A DNA stretch of 63,946 bases, the filler included, from Octopus bimaculoides (taxonomy: Eukaryota): assembly GCF_001194135.2 (NCBI RefSeq). It is 5 parts of 5 records of this genome, joined end to end, with 100 filler letters (N's around TTAATTAATTAA, not from the genome) between each part and the next. Parts side by side here need not be neighbours in the genome. Positions count along the whole stretch, not along the records: positions 1 to 23,982 come from NC_068986.1; 4 more parts are not named here. One strand, written 5' to 3'. The translations under genes were made by a program, and so were the position numbers. The notes below the pieces were generated by a model. That model was not told the DNA's origin. It did not search any database and saw only the letters and a program-made list of their open reading frames with translations. This document shows positions 11,281 to 21,399 of this stretch, piece after piece (the stretch's first letter is position 1; every line of letters begins with the position of its first letter).

Positions 11281-11768
11281 GTCAGACCATACTAGCCTGT
11301 ATGGTCTGGCGAAGTCAAGATGGTTTTTTGTATTCTTCCTTCCCACTTGGAGTGTTTAAATGTAGTTACAATAATATGTCCTTCTACTGAAATAAAATTT
11401 CAGTAAATTTTCTGTATCTTTGTGCAGCTGAAGATTGCTCTGCATTTTACATTTAATGTAATGCTCCGATTGCTTAAATAAATGGAGTCGCATGAAACGA
11501 TCATACTGCATTAACCTTGAATATCCTTGTTGCTTATTTTGATTATAAGTATGTATGTATGTATGTATGTATGTATGTATATGTGTGTGTATATATATAG
11601 ATATATATGGAGAAATTTGTCCAGGTACCACTTGAAAGTTGTGGGCTCTTTTTCTACTTTAATTTCTTTTGGGATAACACATTGAAAAGTAGTGCAGGAC
11701 CATTTGCAGTGAAGAAATTGTGTCGCAGTGTTCTTATGGGATGTGATCTCGACCTTTGTAGGGGATGC

Positions 11769-11801
<33 letters not shown>

Positions 11802-11803
<2 letters not shown>

Positions 11804-11932
11804 AAGGGCATCCAGCTGTAGAAACTCTGCCAGATCAGATTGGAGCCTGGTACAGCCATCTGGTTCGCCAGTCCTCAGTCAAATCGCCTAACCCATGCTA
11901 GCATGGAAAGTGGATGTTAAACAACGATGATG
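11802..11932 (+). mobile_element. Repeat family E (RTE-related SINE or LINE 3' end) with (GAT)n tail
   Basis: 'gaagggcatccagctgtagaaactctgcc...aacccatgctagcatggaaag..gttaaac..gatgatg'. Further copies at 13621(-), 16625(+), 46136(-), 46418(+), 48470(+) and 55860(-). Confidence 0.75.
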
Positions 11933-12721
11933 TTTGGCCCTTGAGTCACTTTGTTGCTTCTGCTAAATATTAATAAAAAAAGAAATATATATATATGTGT
12001 ATGTATATGCATGCATGTATGTATGTATGTATGTATGTAGATGTTGCTATAGGTTGAAAGAAATATAATTAGATATAAATGATATTCTATATAATATTCT
12101 GTAGAGGACCACACAACAAGCTTATCAAACATATTTTATGATTCTATACAAAAATAGCATGATTATCCAAACAGCATGATTATCAAACACATTTAATGAA
12201 TGTATACAAAAGAGAAAAAATATTTAAAAAAATTATCTCTAATGATTAAATACAATAGTATAAAACTTCAGCTACCTGAACACCAATTATCTGAATTCTA
12301 GATTATCCAAACAAGATCTCGAGTTTTCGTGAATATTTTATGATTCATACTGTGTTGTGTGATAAAACCAAAACTGGAGAATAATAATAGCAACACTGCT
12401 TTGTCTTTTGTTCACGGTGATTAAATGTGAATTTGAATTTACTAACAAACATGTAAAATTCTTTGCACCATTGACAACCAAATAAAAAAACAAGTGAGAT
12501 TTTATAGTGTCTGGGCTCTATAGAAGAATACAATATTTTATCGATTGAACAGCATCAAAACAATTCTGCAAACATGCTTTTTTTTATGCAATTATGTTCA
12601 GTATGGCTTGCTTTGTTTAGGATCAAATCAGTTATCTAAACAAAATGCTCTCAGCCCATCTCATTTAGTTAATCGAAGTTTAACTACAGTTAGGCCTCGA
12701 TTATAATAGAAATTCATATAA

Positions 12722-12768
<47 letters not shown>

Positions 12769-13069
12769 TACACACACAGATATATTCATACACACATATA
12801 TATTTATTATATTTTTACAAGAGGTGGGATGATGGTGGCTTCAAAGTTTCAGTCTCCTAGCCTTTGTTGGATGGTCCAACAATAAATCATGGACTTACCT
12901 AAAGAAGACCCAATCCAACTGGATATTATACCCCGTCCCACCCACCGTGCCCCCTGGATGAGACTGTAGTTCATCCCAGGATTAATCCTTAGGCCAGCTA
13001 AATGGGCTGGAATAATATGGTATGAAGTGTTTTTCTCAAGAACACAACACGTCACCTGGAAAAGGTAAA

Positions 13070-13310
13070 AGTAAAGTTAGCTTTACAAGTTATACCGACT
13101 CCTAAGGGCTGGTTTCCTGTTTTTTGTGGCATATATTCCCCACCTGGATGGGCTGCTAGTCCTTCTCAGGGATACTCATTTTTTCCAGCTGAGAGGACTG
13201 GAGCAATGTGAATTGAAGTGTTTCACTCAAAAACATAATGTGTCACCCGGTGCAGAAATTGAAACCACAATCTTATGATCATGAGTCCAACCCCTAAACA
13301 ACTAAGCCAC
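13070..13310 (-). mobile_element. tRNA-headed SINE family D
   Basis: The reverse strand reads 'tgtggcttagttgtttagggg...gtttcaatttc...ttttgagtgaaacacttc..ttgctccagtcc.ctcagctg'. A related copy lies at 50190-50505. Confidence 0.7.
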
Positions 13311-13343
13311 AATTTCCATCCAGTGCCAACAACTTTACAGCAT

Positions 13344-13579
13344 ACAGTTCTATATTTAAGAGATGAGGAATTATTGACATTGTTTACATTATTTACAATT
13401 GATAGATAATTGTCCTCATCTTGTTTCAGCTGATGTACCCTCCAGCCTTCATCAGGTGTCCTGGGGAAATTTCAAACATGGGTTCTCATTCCTAAGGTAT
13501 TTTTCAATGTTGTTGTTGTTATTATTATTATTATTATTATTATTCTTATTCAGGTCACTGCCTGGAATCGAACTCGGAA
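13344..13579 (-). mobile_element. Hammerhead-carrying element family F, minus arm of inverted dimer 1 (ribozyme partly deleted)
   Basis: Reverse strand: B-box 'ttccgagttcgattcc', (AAT)n, 'gaaaaataccttaggaatgagaac', then 'gacacCTGATGAaggctggagggtacatcagctGAAAC' joined directly to 'aagatgagg'. Confidence 0.85.
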
Positions 13580-13698
13580 ATAATAATAATGATAATAATA
13601 ATCATCATCATCATCATCATTTAACGTCCGCTTTCCATGCTAGCATGGGTTGGACAATTTGACTGAGGACTGGTGAACCAAATGGCTACACCTGGCTC

Positions 13699-13719
<21 letters not shown>

Positions 13720-13735
<16 letters not shown>

Positions 13736-13883
13736 TCGAAAAATACCTTAGGAATGAGAACCCAGGTTCGAAGTTTCCTCAAGGCACCTGATGAAGGCTG
13801 GAGGGTATATCAGCCGAAATATTGTGTTAACAACAAACAAGATGAGGACAAATATCCATCAAATGTAAATAATGTAAATAATG
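13720..13883 (+). mobile_element. Family F, plus arm of inverted dimer 1
   Basis: 'aacatcgaaaaataccttaggaatgagaacccaggttcg...ctgatgaaggctgg...aatgtaaataatg'. Confidence 0.88.
13783..13828 (+). ncRNA. Minimal type I hammerhead ribozyme motif (Penelope type)
   Basis: Stem I GGCAC/GTGTT; core CTGATGA(A); stem II GGCTG-10 nt-CAGCC; GAA; palindromic stem III ATAT; H17=T. Confidence 0.75.
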
Positions 13884-14276
13884 AACTTTACAGCATGTAC
13901 TGGGAACATTTTTCAGGCCACCAGCACCAGTGAGGTTGCATTGGAACTGGTAAGACTACAAATCCTGAAAGAGGCAGCTTTATGTTATGACAGTGGCTCA
14001 CAACCATTTCTTTTTCTTGTGAAATCTTTTGATTTGTATTTTACTCAGGTGGATCCCTTTAACCATTCAATGATTAAAAAAATGCTTTTATATTTTTTAA
14101 TAGTTAGATATTATCAGGAATTGTGAAAAAAGGGGTTTAAATATTGTGTGTTTATTTACATTATTTACATTGGATGGATATGTATCCTCATCTTGTTTGT
14201 TGTTAACACAACGTTTTAAGCAATGATACAAAAATATTAGGTTTATAGTCCTAAAATTCACCCTATAATTGCCCAC

Positions 14277-14546
14277 GGGCATATAGCATAATGGTTAAGA
14301 GTGGAGGCTGCTAACCCCAAGATACTGAGTTCAATTCCAGTGCCTTGAATAAAAAATAACATCAGGAATAACATTAGGAATGAGAACCCAAGGTTGGATT
14401 CAAAATTCTACCAGGACACCTGATGAAGGCTGGAGAGTAAATCAGCCGAAACATTGTGTTAACAACAAACAAGATCTGGACACAAATCCGTCCAATGTAA
14501 ATAATGTAAATAATGTACAGAATTCCTCATACACATAGAATGGTAT
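14277..14546 (+). mobile_element. Family F full-length copy: tRNA-like head, (AAT)-type linker, hammerhead and 3' tail
   Basis: A-box-like TAGCATAATGG (14284-14294), B-box-like GAGTTCAATTCC (14327-14338), hammerhead at 14415-14460. Confidence 0.8.
14415..14460 (+). ncRNA. Minimal hammerhead ribozyme motif (stem III decayed, ACAT)
   Basis: GACAC CTGATGA A GGCTG gagagtaaat CAGCC GAA ACAT T GTGTT. Confidence 0.7.
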
Positions 14547-14686
14547 CTGTGTGTATTAGAAGCAAATCCTTGCACATAAACTTTAACAAAATCTTACTTG
14601 GAACCCCAGTTGAGAATCACTGTGCTAGGTTGAAGGTGTCATAATAGATTCTTTTATAGTAGACTTGGCTCTCAGGGTGTGTGTGT

Positions 14687-14689
14687 GTA

Positions 14690-14720
<31 letters not shown>

Positions 14721-14726
14721 GTACTG

Positions 14727-14759
<33 letters not shown>

Positions 14760-14936
14760 TGCACGTGTGTATGTGCGTGTGTGTGTGTGTGCGTATTTGT
14801 GTGTGTGTGTGCTTGTGTGTATGTGCATGTGTGTGTTTGTGTGTATGTGTATGTGTTTGCACATGTGTGTGCATGTATGTGTGTGCATGTATGTGTGTGC
14901 ATGTATGTGTGTGTGTGTGTGTTTGTGTGTGTGTTA
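14687..14936. repeat. Complex (GT)n satellite
   Basis: Direct reading. Confidence 0.95.
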
Positions 14937-14999
14937 CAGTACTACTCCCGTTTTAGGAAAGAGGGTGGGACTGACTAGGTAACGTGCATTGTAACAATT

Positions 15000-15380
15000 C
15001 TGCCGATTCATTGTCTTGGACTGATTCCATTTTATAACGACTCTGAAAGGATGAAAAGCAGAGTTGGCCTAGGTAGGATTTGAACTCAGAACATAAAAAG
15101 CCAGAACCAATAGCAGAAAGCATTTTAACCTATGCTTTAACATATCACTGTCAACATATCGGTTTCAAATTTTGTCACAAGGCCAGCGATTCTCGGTGGG
15201 TGGTGGGGGTGGGGGGAAGCCAATTACATCAAACTCAGTGCTCAACTTGTGCTTATTTTATTGACCCCCTAAGGGACAAAAGGCAAAGCTGACCTTGGTG
15301 GAATTTGAACTCAGAACATGAAGGTGAACGATATGGCCCAGCATTTTTGCCCAGCGTGCTAACGGTTCAGCCAGCTTGCT
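15000..15380 (-). mobile_element. Two diverged SINE family A copies
   Basis: 'aaaggatgaaaagcagagt...gatttgaactcagaac' at ~15045-15095 and again at ~15270-15325, with the head ending ~15380. Confidence 0.75.
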
Positions 15381-15674
15381 GTCTAAGACTAGTGTTTACA
15401 TCTCAATAGACAAAGACACTGTCAAAGACATACATTCACACTCTCTCTCTCTCTCTCTCTCTGTTTCACACATACACACACACACATACACACTTGCGCA
15501 CACAGACATTTACTCAGCCACATACACACACACATATATACTGTTATAGACAAACACACACACAGTGCTAGAAATAGAGAGGAGTAGGTCGTACATAGAG
15601 ACTCACAAAGAAGCCCTTACTACAAGACAGAGGTATCTCTGTGAACAGATTCCTTTATAGTAGACTTGGTTCTT

Positions 15675-16185
15675 GGTGTGTGTGTGTATGTGTACTGGTG
15701 TGTGTGTGTGTGTGTGCGTATGTACTAGTGTGTGTGCGTTTGTATGTGGGTACTGGTGTGTGTGTTTGTGTGTGTTTGTGTGTGTTTGTGTGCGTTTGTG
15801 TGTGTATTTGTGTGTGTTTATGTGTGTGCATACTGGTGTGCGTGTGTTTGCCTGTGTGTGTGTGTGTGCGTTTGTGTGTTTGCACATGTGTGTGNNNNNN
15901 NNNNATGTGTGTGCATACTGGTGTGCGTGTGTTTGCCTGTGTGTGTGTGTGTGTGTTTGTGTGTTTGCACATGTGTGTGCATGTGCGTGTATTTGTGTTT
16001 GTGTGTGTGTGTGTCTGTATGTGTGTGCATGTGTGTGTGTATGTGCAGGTTTGTATGTGGATGCATTTGCATGTGGATGTCTAGATGTGTGTGTATGTTT
16101 GTGCATAGTTTGTGTATGCATGTATGTATGTGTGTGTGTAGATGTGTGTGCATGTGAGTGTGAAGATATATGTCTACATATCTGA

Positions 16186-16238
<53 letters not shown>
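15675..16238. repeat. Complex (GT)n satellite containing a 10-N gap
   Basis: Direct reading. Confidence 0.95.
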
Positions 16239-16239
<1 letters not shown>

Positions 16240-16343
16240 AAAGCAGACACACAGACATATTAGCTACATCACCCATTAATATCCCATCCATGACAACCTA
16301 CAATGACAGCACAGAAACACATATTACAACAACAACAACAACA

Positions 16344-16384
<41 letters not shown>

Positions 16385-16624
16385 AATTTAGAATTATACA
16401 ACAGCAACCACAACAACACCAGGAACACATACAACTTTAACAACAACCCAGAACTATATATAACTGCAATAACAAACCACTTATCAGTCCCCTCTAACAA
16501 CGCCCACTTCTTCACATTTAATACCAACCCTCATTCCTCTCTAACATTCCATATCCAAGGGCCATCCACAAACAACACAAACCCCTCAAACAAAATCTAC
16601 ATGGATTCCATCTATGTGGACCTT

Positions 16625-16894
16625 GAAAATATATCCGTTTATGTGGCCGTTGCCAGTACCGCCTGACTGGCCTTCGTAGGATTTTCGAGCGAGATCGTTG
16701 CCAGTGCCCCTGGACTAGCTCTTGTGCAGGTGGCACATAAAATACACCACCTTGAGCGTGGCCGTTGCCAGTACCGCCTGACTGGCCTTCGTGCGGGTGA
16801 CACGTAAAAGCACCCGCTACACTCTCTGAGTGGTTGGCGTTAGGAAGGGCATCCAGCCGTAGAAACTCTGCCAAATCAGATTGGAGCCTGGTGT
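16625..16894 (+). mobile_element. Repeat family E with internal duplicated 'gtggccgttgccagtaccgcctgactggccttcgt'
   Basis: Inverted match to 46136-46405; runs into an N gap. Confidence 0.8.
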
Positions 16895-17363
16895 NNNNNN
16901 NNNNNNNNNNNNNNNNNNNNNNNNNNNNNNNNNNNNNNNNNNNNNNNNNNNNNNNNNNNNNNNNNNNNNNNNNNNNNNNNNNNNNNNNNNNNNNNNNNNN
17001 NNNNNNNNNNNNNNNNNNNNNNNNNNNNNNNNNNNNNNNNNNNNNNNNNNNNNNNNNNNNNNNNNNNNNNNNNNNNNNNNNNNNNNNNNNNNNNNNNNNN
17101 NNNNNNNNNNNNNNNNNNNNNNNNNNNNNNNNNNNNNNNNNNNNNNNNNNNNNNNNNNNNNNNNNNNNNNNNNNNNNNNNNNNNNNNNNNNNNNNNNNNN
17201 NNNNNNNNNNNNNNNNNNNNNNNNNNNNNNNNNNNNNNNNNNNNNNNNNNNNNNNNNNNNNNNNNNNNNNNNNNNNNNNNNNNNNNNNNNNNNNNNNNNN
17301 NNNNNNNNNNNNNNNNNNNNNNNNNNNNNNNNNNNNNNNNNNNNNNNNNNNNNNNNNNNNNNN

Positions 17364-17491
17364 TGTTTTAGTCAAGAATTTTTAATCAAACGAATCAACC
17401 CCAGTACTTATTCTATCAAACTCCTTTGCTGAACTGCTAAGTTACAGGGATGTAAACACACCAACAGCAGTTGACAAACAGTGATGGGGGT

Positions 17492-17528
<37 letters not shown>

Positions 17529-17645
17529 CATGGGCTTCTTTCAGTTTCTGTCTACCAAATCCACTCACAAGGCTTTGGTTGGCCCAAGGCTATATTTGAA
17601 AACATTTACCCAAGGTGCCATGCAGTGGGACTGAACCTGGAACAA
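17364..17645 (-). mobile_element. SINE family B
   Basis: Reverse complement of the family B body including the CORE-like segment. Confidence 0.8.
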
Positions 17646-18380
17646 TGAGAATATATGGAACTAGAACTGTCAAGACTGTTCTAAATAATACTGCTGGAAT
17701 ACATCTTCTTCAATATAGCAAAGACTGAACCTCAAAGATGGCCCTACCTCTTCAGAGCCATAAAAGACTTCTTTCCTTAATAATTATTAACTCTTTTACA
17801 AGGCTCAGGTGACACTCCCTGTGGAGTAGTGTCCCAACATCAGTGTTGTGTTGCTGCTACACATGCAGATGTCCTCAATCAGTGGTTCTCAATGGGGATC
17901 CACATGGCCCCTATGGGTACATATAAAATTCTGGGGTGTCCATGCAAGCAAAATACCCATAAGCACATACTTGTTTTGTTTAATGGTTAATCCAGTACTG
18001 CAAGTCACCATGCAGTGAACTTGAACCTGAAGTCTAAGGGCTGCAAAACAAACTTCTTAACCATTTGGTCATACTGCACCTTCCACACAACGACAATGTG
18101 CAACTGAACTAACACAGCAATAAGCTCTCTGTGTATCAAAATGCTTCTAGTGTTTAATTGAATGAAATCAATGTTTGTTTTCTAATTTCCTCTCTTGTGA
18201 ATGGACAGTCTGTAACAGTGCTATATTTGTTAAACATTCCATCCAAAAAAACTGGTCAGCCAGCCAAATAACAGCAAACACAGTTAGAGACCTTGATCAA
18301 GGACATACCACAATGGCTACAATAAGATTTAAATTTATAAACATATGGTCAATACTTTAGCACTTTGTCAAAAGCATTAA

Positions 18381-18596
18381 CTAACCCTTTTGTTGCCATA
18401 TTTCAGTGGAAATACTCTGCCTTTGTATTAATTACTTTTGAAAATAACAAGAAATTCATCAAAATAACTTTGTCATCATTAAACTAGTGTTTGGAACATA
18501 AATTAACATGAAATTTTGATGGAAGGTGTTCATTTGGATCACTTTAATTCATAAGTTTAAGTCATCGACACTAAAACCTTCCATCAATATTTCATG
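18381..18596 (-). mobile_element. Diverged relative of the TTAA MITE with internal inverted repeat
   Basis: Starts 'ctaacccttttgttgcc'. It contains 'ttaacatgaaattttgatggaaggt...accttccatcaatatttcatgttaa'. Confidence 0.6.
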
Positions 18597-18827
18597 TTAA
18601 CCCTATCGTTACCGTATTTATTTTGAGATGCTCTGTGTTTCTTTCCATTAATTTTAAATACAACAAAAAATTTAGTAAAATAACTTAGTTATCATTAAGC
18701 TAGTGTTAGGAACATAAATTGTGACTAAGGTTTTGGTGGAAGATTTTAATTCAAAACTTATGAAAACAATACATTTGTACTACAGAGCCAGAGGTGGTTT
18801 CAACCAGGTTGGTATCAAAAGGGTTAA
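18597..18827 (-). mobile_element. piggyBac-type MITE with TTAA TSD
   Basis: TTAA|CCCTATCGTTAC...GGTATCAAAAGGG|TTAA; inverted match to 2828-3058. Confidence 0.85.
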
Positions 18828-18850
18828 GAATTGTTTCTCTATTATATATT

Positions 18851-19081
18851 TTAACCCTTTTGTTACCATATTTCTGTTGAGATGCTCTGTGTTTCTTTCC
18901 ATTAATTTTATATATAACAAAGAATTTAGTAAAATAACTTAGTTATCATTAAACTAGTGTTAGGAACATAAATTGTGACTTAAGGTTTGGAGGAAGATTT
19001 TAATTCAAAACTTAAAAAAACAAAGCATTTGTACTACGGAACCTGAGGTGGTTTCGGACAGGTTGGTAACGAAAGGGTTAA
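18851..19081 (-). mobile_element. piggyBac-type MITE with TTAA TSD
   Basis: TTAA|CCCTTTTGTTAC...GTAACGAAAGGG|TTAA. Confidence 0.85.
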
Positions 19082-19156
19082 TCTATGTCCCAAACACCTA
19101 CTTAATAAGGGCTGAGGCTATTTTATTAAATTTTTATAAAAGAAACAGTACAACAC

Positions 19157-19272
19157 CCATGACCTTCAGAAACATTTCTTGAAGCTTAGAATTGTTGAAA
19201 CATGGAATAAACTACTTGCATGTATTGTTAGTTGTCAGGACACTGCATCTTTCAAAAATTCCATGATTCCTG
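19157..19272 (+). mobile_element. CR1/L2-group LINE extreme 3' fragment
   Basis: 'KHFLKLRIVETWNKLLACIVSCQDTASFK' resembles the CR1/L2 C-terminal 'FF..RVV..WN.LP...V.....FK' motif. Confidence 0.7.
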
Positions 19273-19735
19273 AAGTTCACCAATGTAGCTTTGTTAAGCT
19301 ATACAGAAAAAACAACCAGGAACAAGAGTGTGTGTTGGTGTATTGTTTATTTTGCTTCATTTAGCTACAATATGAGGGCGAGTGCGATCAACCATCTAAA
19401 ATTCCCTTTTCCACCTAACAGGAAGTCCCTTCTCTGCGGACCAGCCAGCTAGTTAGCCCACATTGAAGTTCCTGTCTACAGTTTGTCTGTTATGAGTCAA
19501 TGGGCAGTGCTCTACATCATCAGCACTACTTCTGATGTGCTTCTGCACCCTTGCCTCTTTACCACACTTTTATTGTTCTGTGTTTCTGTGTTTAATCCTG
19601 TGTGCTGTGTTGTTTGGGCTTTCCTTGCTGTCTTTTTTTTCATCATTTATGTTTCTGCAATCTATTCTCTCTTGTAACATTTTCTGATCACTTGTAGAAC
19701 ATCTGAACACTGTATACAATAATAAGTTCATTATA

Positions 19736-19936
19736 CAGTTCTATATTTATGAGATGAGGAATCATGTACATTATTTACAATTGACAGATATTTGTCCTCA
19801 TCTTGTTTGTTGTTAACACAATGTTTCAGCTGATATACCCTCCAGCCTTCATCAGGTGTCTTGGGGAAATTTTGAACCTGGGTTCTCATTCCTAAGGTAT
19901 TTTTCGATGTTATTATTATTATTCATGTCACAGCCT
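19736..19936 (-). mobile_element. Family F, minus arm of inverted dimer 2 (hammerhead at 19815-19860)
   Basis: Reverse strand GACAC CTGATGA A GGCTG gagggtatat CAGCT GAA ACAT T GTGTT. Confidence 0.88.
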
Positions 19937-20200
19937 GTGACCTGAATAATAATGATTAATGATAATAATAATAATAATGATGACAACAACAACAACAACA
20001 ACAATAATAATAACATAGAAAAATACCTTAGGAATGAGAACCTAGGTTCGAAATTTCCCCAAGACACCTGATGAAGGCNNNNNNNNNNAACCTAGGTTCG
20101 AAATTTCCCCAAGACACCTGATGAAGGCTGGAGGGTATATCAGCCAAAATGTGTTAACAACAAACAAGATGAGGACAAATATCTATCAAATGTAAATAAT
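19937..20200 (+). mobile_element. Family F, plus arm of inverted dimer 2 (core mutated; contains a 10-N overlap gap)
   Basis: 'gtgacctgaataataat...aaaaataccttaggaatgagaacc...ctgatgaaggctggagggtatatcagccAAAATgtgtt'. Confidence 0.85.
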
Positions 20201-20224
20201 ATAAGTTCATTATATTGTATTAAA

Positions 20225-20435
20225 GTCGGTGAGCAGGCAGAAACGTTAGCACGCTGGGTGAAATGCTTAGCGGTATTTCGTCTGTCTTTACGTTCTGAGT
20301 TCAAATTCCACCAAGGTCGACTTTGCTTCTCATCCTTTCGAGGTCGATAAATTAAGTACCAGTTGTGTACTGGGGTTGATCTAATCGACTAGCCCCCCCC
20401 CCCCCAAATTTCAGGCCTTGTGCCTAGAGTATAAA
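20225..20435 (+). mobile_element. SINE family A, near full length
   Basis: A-box-like 'gagcaggcagaaacgttagc', B-box 'gagttcaaattcc', core and tail. Confidence 0.88.
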
Positions 20436-20799
20436 AGATTACATCATATTATGTTTGGGTTTCAAATTTTGGCACAAGGCCTGCAATTTCAAGGCAGTTG
20501 GGTAATCAATTACATTGACCTCTTCTCAGTACTAAAATGGTTTTAATGAGATTTGAACTTATAACCCTCTGGAGATGAGCATGATCACTTTCAAGCTCCC
20601 CTTGGTAGTTGGTGGGTGATGCATTCCCACTCCAGAAATTCACAGGTCCTCTTCTTAGATTTCCAGCCCCCACCCCTTTGGATCTCAGGACCCTCCAGGA
20701 TGACTTATCAACCAAATCTTATTCCCACAGACCCTGCCTATGCTTGGTAGTTGACACCTTTGTCACAGTGGCTTAAAAGCAACAACAATAATAATGGTT

Positions 20800-21200
20800 T
20801 CACATTTTGGAAGAGAACCAGCAATTTCTATCACATTTTGTTGACCCTTAAAGAATAATAGGCAAAGTCGACCTCAATGGAATTTGAACTCAGAACATAA
20901 AATCAGAATAAATGCCACTAAGCATTTTATTTGAAATGGTAACAATTCTACCAGTTGGCTGCTTTTATTAATAATGAAATATTGGTTTCGCATTTGGGCA
21001 CAAGGCCAGAAATTTCAGGCAGGTGGTAAGTTGATGACATTAACCCCAGTAATCAACTGGTACTTATTTATCGACCCTGAAAGGATGAAAGCCAAAGTCA
21101 ACCCTGGCAGGAGTTAAACTCAGTATGTAAAGTAAAAATTAAAAAAAAAAAATGCTATCTAATATTTTTGTCTGGAATGGCAATGGTTCTGCCGGCTTAC
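20800..21200 (-). mobile_element. Two diverged SINE family A copies
   Basis: The core 'ggcaaagtcgacctc..gaatttgaactcagaac' occurs twice in reverse. Confidence 0.75.
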
Positions 21201-21399
21201 AGCTTTATAATAATGGAATATTATTACAGAGACACAAATGTGTAAGAAAGAAAGAGAAAGACATGACTGCCTTTTGCTGTTTAATATTTTATCTGCTGCT
21301 ATTGATATGAACAAATTGTTTATAATAAATAGTTCTGGTTTTGTAGGGCAAAACTAGCAAAGGACTTTGTAACTGAATTGAAACAAATTGAATGGAAAA

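Noticed and set aside
14277-14340. tRNA genes (also heads at 3749, 20225, 23510, 53888)
   Set aside because: They lack a complete cloverleaf and acceptor stem and continue into repeat bodies, so they are SINE heads.
16518-17432. Long ORFs full of X (also 22.5-23.5, 26.6-27.6, 29.3-31.7, 37.5-38.4, 57.4-60.2 kb)
   Set aside because: They are open only because N gaps contain no stops.
17880-17960. hAT-like TIR starts 'cagtggttctcaa' (also ~14010, ~52592)
   Set aside because: Only left ends are seen; no partner TIR or 8-bp TSD could be identified.
20039-20128. Apparent tandem duplications across 10-N gaps (also 15895, 36191)
   Set aside because: Identical sequence on both sides of a 10-N gap indicates unmerged contig overlap.
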